Shown in pieces: positions 53,156 to 64,000 of a stretch of 64,000 nucleotides of DNA (the stretch's first letter is position 1; the number at the start of each line of letters is the position of its first letter). The stretch spans positions 333,064,001 through 333,128,000 of the forward strand of contig OZ024741.1 in assembly GCA_964016885.1 (NCBI GenBank). The letters run 5' to 3'. Both the position numbers and the translations under genes were made by a program. The DNA is from Eledone cirrhosa (lineage: Eukaryota). A model generated the notes under the pieces. That model worked only from the letters and a program-made list of their open reading frames with translations. It was not told where the DNA came from and did no database searches.

Positions 53156-53198
53156 ACGTTGCTGACGATAGCTAATAAGCTTGAAACTAGTACAGCGT
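53156..53198 (+). ncRNA. Type I hammerhead ribozyme
   Basis: acgttg-CTGACGA-t-agct-aata-agct-t-GAAA-ctag-TA-cagcgt; all stems pair. Confidence 0.88.
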
Positions 53199-53512
53199 TC
53201 CTTTGTCAGGGTTGAACAAATGAGCAACGATGGTTGCTAGACACTGTATGGCTTAATTCGGGATGTTTGTTTACAAACACACCGAGCATTATGATAAATG
53301 TTCGGTGAATCCATACATACATATATATATATGTGTGCATGTATGTATATATATATACATACTACTGTACGTCTGTATACATATATGTATGTACGTATAC
53401 ATACTTATATTTAAGTAACAACCTTAGTAAGAGTGAGAAATGAAATTTCGTTTCATTTTTTTCGTTTATATATATATATATATACACACACACACATACA
53501 CACATACATACA

Positions 53513-53795
53513 TGCATGGCTTAGTGGTTAGAGCAGTAGGCTTGCAATCGAAAGGCTGTGAGTTCAATATTTGGACCGGGTGATGTGTTGTTTCCTTGAG
53601 CAAGACACTTTATTTCAAGTTGCTCCAGTTTACTCAGCTGAAAATGAGTACCAGCAATAGCTGGAGGTTTAACCCTGCAATGGACTAGCGTCCTGTCTAG
53701 GGGGGAGTCTTGTACTCTCAGTCACTTCACGCCATGAAACCGAGGTAAGCACCGGCCAAATGATCCTACTGGCTTAAGACAGACTTTAGACTTAC
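53513..53795 (+). mobile_element. Type 2-headed SINE with another central/3' module
   Basis: Same head as 21742, then AACCCTGCAATGGACTAGCGTCCTGTCTAGGGGGGAGT.. in place of the RTE tail. Confidence 0.75.
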
Positions 53796-54192
53796 GGCCT
53801 GTCCGCACAGTCAGTGAGATGGCGTCATCATATGGCTAAAACACCACGTGCTGTGACCAGCGGCGCCAAATGGCGCCCAACAGAATCGTCGGTCAAGGTG
53901 ATCAAGGTGATGTATATATGTATAAATATATATATATATACACAGGTTGGGTTATCTTTTATTTTTTATCATTTATTTTGCTTTGACCTGTTTAGCTTGA
54001 TTTGGTTTTTGGCTTGGGTGGTTAATGCCTTCTTGACCACCTTTTCATTTGTGTATGGCTTCTTAACACATTGTTTAGCTCTGGTTTTTAACTATTGAAC
54101 ACTTGGCCAGTATCATTTTTGATTTTTGCATTTCGCTTCGCTTTTCCTGCCCGCCGAAATGCGATTCATGCTGAATCTTTATTTGTATATAT

Positions 54193-54291
<99 letters not shown>

Positions 54292-54329
54292 GAGAGAGTG
54301 TATGTGTATATGGATAGATGGATATTTTT

Positions 54330-54585
54330 TTTTCTGTAGAGTTTCGTGTTCTGTGTGTGCTGGTGCATTGTCCTGCAAAACCAAGGCACCACAGCTCAGC
54401 TTTCCACAGCATTTCTTCTTCAAAGCTTCATGCTGTTCATCTAACAGAGACATGTAGTATTCTGCATATATGGTGCAACCATTTGGCAGGTATTTTATTA
54501 GGAGTACTCCATCTTTTTCTCCTGAACACTGAAGCCAGAATCTTTCTAACTGACTACTCTGTCCAAATCTGACATCTGGGTCCAG
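54330..54585 (-). pseudogene. mariner/Tc1 transposase fragment
   Basis: SVRKILASVF / KDGVLLIKYLPNGCTIYAEYYMSLLD..LVLQDNAPAHT, including the DNAPAH motif around the second catalytic Asp. Confidence 0.88.
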
Positions 54586-55703
54586 AGAGAGAGAAAGGGA
54601 GATTACTGCAAAACATTCTATCTGATGTTCCAATGACACAGAGCCAGAATGAACAGAGCAAAACATTCTATTTGATGTTCTAACATCATTACCTATTCCC
54701 TGGCTAGATTTTGGCTTAACTATATACACTAAGCTTGACGTGTTTATATAACAAGTTTGCTGTATGTATTTTCCTTTTAAACCTCTGTAAAACTATCAGT
54801 TGACTTATGCTTATTGCTGGTTGTCACAAAAAATATACTAGATAACTTTCAGTTTTTCTATGATCTCTTAGCCCTTTGAGATCTGGTCTTCTGCCATATG
54901 TGTGGTCACCAATCTTGAGGGCACAAAATGATGTTCATCAATTAAACATAAAAGAAAGATAATAAAGTAATGTCTTTCTCCCACAAGCTTCACAAAAACA
55001 TAGCAATGCCTTTCTGAAAAACATGCTACTTATGTATGTTGTTGTAGCAACATGAGAGAGGAAATACATTGTATGGGTGCATTTATGTACATATATATAT
55101 TTATATGTATATATGGATACACACACAGACATATATATATGTATATAGATATATATATATACTCCCGTACGAGCGAGACACAGTCTCCCAACCATTCCCA
55201 CATCAAATAGAACAAAACCATCCAACCCATGATAGCGTGGAAGATGGACATTAAACGATGATGATGATGATATATACACACACACACATACATACACACA
55301 CACATATATATATGAAAATATTCAGAACTCTGATGGCTGAGCTCCGGCCGTTTCGACAGCTAGATCCGTCGGGGTCCTTAATCTTTTCATCTTACCTACT
55401 CTACTACCCCAAGTATCGAGTACTCTGGTGCATTATGGTCCACCTGGTATTTTACCACACCCTCTATATACATATATTATTTATTTCGATGTTGATCCCC
55501 AACTATGATGTCATCAGATGCAAGCACTCCATACCATAGGTGCCATAAATTATTACGTTTACGGTATCAGACAGAGTATCAATATTAAGGAAATGAAGAG
55601 AGAGACGGTATCACATATTCAACTTCAGTTTATTTCATTACATCATACTCATTATAGCATATGCTATACCTGAAACAAAACCGTCAACATTACCTTGATG
55701 ACA

Positions 55704-55805
55704 GCCGAGGTTGACTTTGCCTTTCATCCTTACGGGGTCGATAAAATAAAGTACCAGTAATGCACTGGGTAATTGCTGGCCTTGTGCCTAAAGTAGAAAC
55801 AATTA
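55704..55805 (+). mobile_element. 5'-truncated type 1 SINE
   Basis: Conserved body; imperfect flanking duplication ATTACCTTGATGACAG / ATTACTTTCATGACAG. Confidence 0.8.
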
Positions 55806-56003
55806 CTTTCATGACAGTCATATCAAAAACAAAAACAACATTTCATTTTTATTTTGCATTTAAAACATAAGTTAAGTGTTGCATAATGACTTTTTGTTGT
55901 CTTTGAAATGTACATAATGGGTATGGCGTGATGAAATAAACTGATCTTGAATATGTGATAAAGCTTCTCTTCAGAAGGGGTGGGGGGCGTCTTTATATAT
56001 AAA

Positions 56004-57962
56004 GTTGCTGAAATGCTGAAAGCATCTGGAACGGTGGGACACACTATGGTCACCCGGATAGTAAACCAAGTCATACAGAATGGGGTCATTCCGAAAGACT
56101 GGCGTAGCAGTATCATCATTAACTGCTACAAGGGTAAAGGAGATGCCCTAGATAGAGGTAACTATAGAGGCATTAAATTAATCGACCAGTCATGAAGGTC
56201 ACAGAAAAAGTAATAGCACAACTAATCAGAGAGAAAATTGATCAGTTCGGGTTTGTGACAGGTAAAAGTACAACAGACGCTCTTTTCATTGTACGACAAC
56301 TACAGGAGAAGTACCTAGCTAAAAGTAAACCCCTATACTTAGCTTTTGTTGACTTGGAGAAAGCCTTGGACAGAGTCCCCCGCTCTGGTGGGCTCTTAGA
56401 AAACTAGGTGTTGATGAATGGCTTGTGAGAGCTATACAAGCCATCTATAAAGAAACAGTCAGCAAGGTTAGAATTAACAACGAATATAGTGAAGAGTTTA
56501 GCGTAAAAGTTGGTGTTCATCAGGGCTCCGTCCTTAGCCCCCTCCTATTTATTATTGCCCTTCAGGCTATAACAGAGGAGTTCAAGACCGGCTGCCCATG
56601 GGAACTCCTATACGCAGATGATCTAATGCTCATAGCTGAATCAATGGCCGAACTAGAGAAGAAATTCCAAACATGGAAGCATGGCCTAGAATCAAAAGGC
56701 CTTAAAATTAACCTGTCTAAGACTAAAGTTCTAGTTTGTAGGAAGGAAAATAGGGTACCACTCCCATCTGGGAAATGGCCATGCTCAGTGTGTAGGAAAG
56801 GAGTAGGCAGAAACTCCATTTTATGTCCCAAATGCAAAGTATGGGTGCATAAAAGATGTAGTGGGATTACAGGTAAGCTAACTAAGAATATAGATTTTAT
56901 ATGTGGCCGGTGCTCAGGTGCAATAAGTAGCAGCAAGTGCCCACAAAATACTAGCTCATTCCATTGCACAGATGGTTCTATAGAAATAGTGGACACCTTC
57001 CGTTACCTGGGTGACAAAATCAGCAGTGGTGGAGGGTGTTCTGAAAGTACAGTAGCTAGAGTCAGAATGGGATGGAAAAAGTTCAGAGAGCTTATACCAC
57101 TATTGGCTGCTAAAGGGTTCTCTCTAAAAATGAAAGGCAGGCTGTATGATGCCTGCATACGAACAGCAATGTTACATGGCAGTGAGACCTGGGCATTGTG
57201 TGCAGAAGATATACGCAGACTGGAGAGGAACGAAGCTTGCATGCTCCACTGGATGTGTAATAGTAATATACGTGAACGGCAAAGCATAAACGAACTAAGG
57301 GAGAAATTAGGAATAAGAGGGATCAGATGTTGTTTACTCGAGAGAAGACTACGTTAGTACGGTCACGTGATGCGCATGAAAGTCGATAGCTGTATAAAAA
57401 AGTGCAGGGCAATAAAAATAGACGGTAGCCACGGAGTAGGCAGACCCAGAAAAACCTGGGACGACTTGATAAATTCCGACCTCACACACTTACACCTCTC
57501 CAAGACAATGTAACAGGACCAAGATCCTGGGCGCTACACAGTAATACAGAAGACCCGCCTTACCTAAGTACAAAGTGAAACCTACTACAGTCAGTAGGCA
57601 CCTCTAACAAAAATACACACCCGTCCCACTACCCCCACCCCATCCACACCACCCCTTTCAATGTAAAGTTATGTTGGTACCACAGCATCAAGTCCAAAAC
57701 AAATGAGGTCGTGTAGGTGTCACAACAAAAAAAACACACAGTCCACTCTGTAATGTGGCCGTGTAGGTAACACGGTAAAAACCTCCCAGTCCACACTGTA
57801 AACGTGGTTGGTGTTAGGAAGGGCATCCAGCCGTAGAAAACCCGCCAGACAGTCATATGCAAGCAAGACAACCAATCTTGCCTCAAGTGGAAAATTCCCG
57901 TCCAAAACCCATGATAGCGTGGAAGATGGACGTTAAACGATGATGATAATGATGATGATGAT
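56004..57962 (+). mobile_element. RTE family B, 5'-truncated, degenerate
   Basis: ORFs 55980-56195, 56192-56407 and 56425-57357 give RT with a PHD-like finger. Frameshifts and TGG>TAG at 57355; highly similar to 1-1895; (GAT)n tail. Confidence 0.95.
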
Positions 57963-59195
57963 ATATGTATGCATATATATATATATATCATCATATTAAA
58001 AATCATTTAACGTCTATCTTCCACGCTAGCATGGGTTAGACGGTTTTGTCCCATTTGAGGCAAGTTTGGTCAGGTGACCATGTCTCATACATATATATAA
58101 ATATATATACACACACACACACATACCAGCAAGTCCATCCAGTAAAATGATTGTGTTGGTGACACAACAAAAACCACCCAGTGTGCACTGTTAATATTGT
58201 TGGCGTTAGGAAGCCAGAAACCAAGCAAGAAACAGTTCTGTATGAGCAAGACAGTTTTCTGATCTGTCTTGTATCACAAGGGACAACTCGTCTAACCCAT
58301 GCTAGCATGGAAAATGGACATTAACCAGTAATGATGCTGATGATGATATAATTTTACTACGGTTGATGACTGTTTTTGTTTGAAAGCTTAACCTATTTTG
58401 GGGGAATTTGTAGAGACTTTATCAGCAGTTTCAAATTTGACTGTAGGTTATATTTTGTCTGTGGGTGAGAACTTCTTCACCCCTGCTCTAAATAGTCACT
58501 CATCCTGCTAGAAATAGCAACCTAACCTCACTCAAACATGCATTCTACCTAGCATGTGAACATTTCAACATACTGAATGTTGACCAAAGTACATTATTCA
58601 TGAATAAACAAAAATGGGATTGTTATAGTAAGAATGCTTTTTGGTCAGAAGTTCAGCTCAGTTTTCAGAATTGACCTGGGGTTAAACAACAACAACAGCA
58701 ACACCAGTGGCAACAATCTATAGAGTGTCTATTTTGAAGAAGATGGTATTGGAAGTATTTTAAGTAACGTTTTATTTTTATCTTTGTGTTTGAAAAGAAA
58801 TGGCTTTTCTCCCTTAGCAAAAATTCCATTTCCACATCATGTATGATTTTTCTGCAAGGAAGAGACATGTTTGCTATTATCATTTCTTTTTGTGTGTTTT
58901 TGTTTTGTTTTTTTCCTGTAAACCTTTTAGCAATAATCTCATAAAGCTGGTTTAGGTTAGTTGGTTCTGCCAGCCAATATTATCTCTGAATCATAAGGCC
59001 AGCAGTCCAGCACGTAATCCACTCAAACATTTTTATGTTATCCAGCAACTTTGAACCAAGGTAGATCTAGAATCGAAAAAGTAAAATGAGGATAGACAGA
59101 CAGATAGATAGATGGGCGGACGAATGGATATATAGATAGATAGATAGATAGGTAAACATATAGATAGATAGATAGGTAGATATATGTATGGATGA

Positions 59196-59306
<111 letters not shown>

Positions 59307-59510
59307 CAGACAGATAGATAGATAGATAGATAAATAGATAGATTCATAGAAAAACAGATAGATAGACAGATAGATGGATACTTTAGTTTTTCATGATCTC
59401 TATCTCTGCTATGATAATTTTTAATCTATAAAGAAGCAGCCTAAAATTCAGCATTTAACATCTATTACATATGGTGGAGGATATCCATATAAGTAATATA
59501 GTTGGATATA

Positions 59511-59585
<75 letters not shown>

Positions 59586-59597
59586 TATATGTGTGTA

Positions 59598-59643
<46 letters not shown>

Positions 59644-60151
59644 ATGTATGTATGATTATGTGTGTGTGTATGTATATATGATTGTATGTATGTGTGTATG
59701 TATATATATGTGTGTGTGTGAGTGTATATGTATATATATATATGTGTGTGAGTGTATGTGTATATATATATAGGTATGTGTGTGTATATATATATATATC
59801 ATATATTTATATGTACGTGTGTGCATGTGTATATATATATTGAGAAGCAAAATAGTTATTTTCTAATAATATAAATGAGATAGGTGTAGGAATGATATGT
59901 ATGTGGATGTTTACAAGTTATTGGTGGACTTAAATTATATGTATAAAAGCTAATGGTTGCCTGTGTACATAAATCTAATGTTAATTTTATGGCTTTGCCA
60001 GTAAGTTTATTTCTGAGTGTAAATCATACAAAAAAAGACAGAAATTAGCCCATGAGCTATCTTTAATATGGGAATATGGACGTTAGATGTATGTACTTAA
60101 ACTGTGCAACTATTATTTTTACTTTAATTTTTTACGTATATATATATTTAT

Positions 60152-60243
<92 letters not shown>

Positions 60244-60978
60244 GTGCATATTTTAGCTGTGTAGTTTTGATTATGAGTGTGAATGTTGTTATTGGATGGT
60301 AGCGAACTTGGGCTGTTTGAGTAAATGTACTTAATGTGCATTTAACTTGTTAGCAGAGGAGTTATGTTTTATGTGTAAATACATGTGATGGCAGTATGTT
60401 TTTTTGAAGAAAATATATTTTATAGGAGATCTGCTAAAATTTGTCTTCATATTAATAATACACCAAGCTTAGGAAAGGAAGTCTTATCCCAAAGAAATGG
60501 CACTGTAAATTTTCGTTTTATTTTATTTTTTATTTCATATTTTTCTTATTATTTCAATCTTCATATTTTTTGACAATTTTGTATTATGTTTTTTTTTTAC
60601 TCTCTTCATTTTTAAGCCAACAACAGATACAATAAATAATATCGAATGGTTTAATGAAATTTAGCAAAAATTGAGAAAAACTGTCTTTTGTATGAGTCAA
60701 TCCTCAATTGATCATAAATAAATGGAGAACAAAATGTTCAATTTGGTTTCAGCCATTCTTCTCTTTTGACATCTTCTTGCAGAATACCAACCTTTTTTAT
60801 ACTTCCTTTCTTCCCCCTCTCTCACTCTCTCTCTCTTTCTTTCTTCCATTCCTTAGATATAAATGAGAGAAAGGGGGAAAAAAATTGTTGAATAAATTTC
60901 TTACAATTTTCCATCATTTCTTTGTCCTTAGTGGCAACTAAGATAAAACTGTTTTGGAATATCCAAACCTCAATAAAA

Positions 60979-61054
<76 letters not shown>

Positions 61055-61430
61055 GTAAATAAAGAAAGAAAAAGACAGGAAGGAAGGAAGGGGAAAAATA
61101 AATGAATGAATAAATAAATAAGTAGATAGGTAAAAAAGAAAGAAAAAAAGAAATGGAATAAAAAAAAATGTAAGAAGAAGAATTGCGAAGAAAAGGAAAG
61201 ACAAGATTTTTACTGAATTCCCAAAACAAAAATGAAGACATTTCGGATTATTGATGAATTAACAATAGATTGCTTATGAATATTTTTCTGCTTGGAGTAG
61301 TTTCAACCGACAAAATTATTTGAGCAGAAGATATATAAAAAAAAATGTATTATGCAAAAAGAAGATAAACAAAATAAAACAAAACAAACACAAACACAAC
61401 ACAGCACAGCAACACCCCCACCAAATATAA

Positions 61431-61482
<52 letters not shown>

Positions 61483-62509
61483 ATGAAATAAAAAAAATGT
61501 TAATGGTAAAAAGGAAGGCAGGAAAAGAAATAATAATAATAATAACAACAACAACAACAACAACAACAACAATAATAATAATAGTAATAATAATAATATG
61601 ATGATGATGATGAAATGTAATAAAATAGGAAATACAAAAAAAAAATGAAAGAAGAATAGAACCCCCTTCACTCATGCACACACATATAGTCACACACATA
61701 AACACACACACAACAAAAATAACAAGGCTGAATAAATAGATAAATAATAAATAAATAAAAACATTATTTCCAGGAGGGAAAAATCAATGATTTTTCATAC
61801 ATCAATAGGCTTCTTTTAGAAAAATAGATTTGAAAGCCGTTTCTATTGTTTAATCATAGATTGAGGCCAAGCAAGCATGGCTGAAAGGCTAAAACATTAA
61901 CTTGGATTGTACATCTTTATACTTCAGTCAACTTATAAGTAGTCGTGCTGTCAGTGAAGAAAAAGAGAAAGACAAGAGACGAGAGACAGACAGAGATCTC
62001 AGAGAGACAGAGAGATCTCAGAGAGACAAGAGACAAACAGAGAGATCTCAGAGAGACAAAGAGATCTCAGAGAGACAGAGGCAGACAGAGAGATCTCAGA
62101 GAGACAAGAGATAAGAGACAAACAGAGAGACAAGAGACAGAGAGAGAGAGTCGAGAGAGAGAGAGAGAGGGAGGGAGAGAGATCTCAGAGACAGAGAGAG
62201 AGAAAAATCTCCAACAGAACAAGGATAGGAGGACCAATGCAAAGCAAAAGCCATTGAATGGATTTTTGACAGAATAAACAAGATTTTCTTCTTTCCCAAA
62301 TAGAAAATTGAATTTTGTGCAAGTCTATATTGTAAAAAAGTTATTTTTAGAGGAAAGGAAAGGAATGGAATGTAAGGTAGTGAGTCTTGGAGTGGTATGG
62401 ACTGGAGAGGAGAGGTGGTGGGTGAAGAGGAATCAGAGACAAACAAGATTTTTATTGAACGTGTGTGACAATCTATCTACAAAAACAAACATATTTATTG
62501 GCTCAAATG

Positions 62510-63420
62510 CATAGTTATACACACATACACATACATGTACTCTTACGCACATACATCCAAACATGTACACACACATACACTTCCACACACTTTCATGCAT
62601 ATATCCAAATATGTTCAATACACACATACATGCACTTACATACACTTACATGCACATACTCTTACAGATGTACATCCAAACATGCACATACACACATACA
62701 TACACTTACACACATATCAAAATGTGTACATATACACACATACACTTATATACACATACATCCAAACATGTCCATCACACACATACACTTACACACAGAC
62801 ACAAACAGCCATGCATGTCCACACACTGATGCACACTTACACCCATTAACACACTTAGACACACTAATACACATAGATACACTTATCACTTCCATGCATA
62901 CACTTACACATCCACTTATATGTATGCACATGTACACACACCAACACTAATTTACACTTATACATACTAATGCACATATATACACTCACATTTATTCACA
63001 CTTACATGCTTACAATTATACAAACTCATACACTTGTAAACAATTACACTTATACTTACAGATACATATATGCATCTACATTTAGATTAACAAACACAAG
63101 TGTATATACACTTACAAACACATACACTTATATATACATACACTTGCACACACACACCTATAAATGCATACACTTACAAATGCATACACTTACACAGACA
63201 TATGCTTACACTTACACAGACATATGCTTACACTTACACAGACATATGCTTACACTTACAAATGCATACACTTACACAGACATATGCTTACAAATGCATA
63301 CACTTGCACACATTCACTTACATTTAACACATGCACATTCACACTTACACACACACTTACATTTAACACATGCGCATTCACACTTACACACACATGTACA
63401 CACACACACACATACACTTG
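62510..63420. repeat. Degenerate CA/TACACT-rich simple repeat
   Basis: Seen directly. Confidence 0.85.
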
Positions 63421-63674
63421 CATGTTTGTGTTGAACCACTATCAATTCCAATGAAATTATTGTGCTCATTTAACATATTTCTCAGGGAGATTCAGCAGGT
63501 CACATATTGTGACATGGCTGGTACTTCGAATTACATGCCATGTACAAGAGTTGAGGAAAATGTGAAGCAATTTGAAATAGAGTGTATTGCTCAAGAACTC
63601 TGTGACTCACACTCACAACTTTACAATTCTGAGTTGAAACACTCTGTGTAGCAGCATCCCTTCACACACACTCA

Positions 63675-64000
63675 CATCATCATCATCATTTTACGTCCGC
63701 TTTTCCCTGCTTGCAAGGGTGGGACGGGAACTGATTCTGGCTTGATTTCTACAGCTGGATGCCCTTCCTAACACCAACCTCATTTACAGTGAGTGCTGGG
63801 TGCTTTTTTGCCGTGGCACCTCCACGACCACTTTACAGTGGAATGATAGGGACCCCAGTCCCTATCATCTCATTTCTACAGTTGAGTAAACTGGAGCAAT
63901 GTGAAATAAAGTGTCCTGCTCAAGGAAACAACACATCACCCAGTCTGAGAATTGAACTCACAACCTTTTGATTGCAAGGCCAATGCTCTAACCACTAAGC
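63675..64000 (-). mobile_element. Type 2 SINE with RTE-C tail
   Basis: Reverse complement of 30230-30565. Confidence 0.9.

Noticed and set aside
52585-53215. Repeated 68-aa ORFs in the 424-bp unit
   Set aside because: No recognisable domain; the N-terminal frame is not kept in the 22972 copy; sequence constraint is explained by RNA structure.

Overview
Eukaryotic, AT-rich, repeat-saturated DNA with no confidently identifiable host gene. The SINE/RTE/microsatellite make-up suggests a cephalopod such as Octopus (inference). Contents: (i) RTE-clade LINEs of at least three families, including a near-intact 1039-codon EN-RT copy at 12669-16380 with one nonsense mutation; all four RT-bearing copies carry a C4HC3 PHD-like finger between RT motifs 6 and 7. 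(ii) Two Penelope-like elements (one RT + GIY-YIG, one GIY-YIG remnant; probably Naiad-like). (iii) Many tRNA-derived SINEs, one showing a LINE-tail swap. (iv) A mariner fragment, a non-autonomous Helitron end, and 76-bp, 48-bp and simple tandem repeats. The main hidden signal is about 14 type I hammerhead ribozyme (HHR) motifs, found by eye, in some 8-9 unrelated non-coding repeat families. The best case is a 424-bp tandem unit at 52033-53467 (sister copy at 22746-23392) with one intact-core HHR per unit, i.e. a retrozyme-like element predicted to release 424-nt monomers or circular RNAs. Several families carry non-canonical cores (U4C, U4A) with intact stems. Apart from the transposon ORFs, the ORF-track entries are microsatellite or antisense artefacts.
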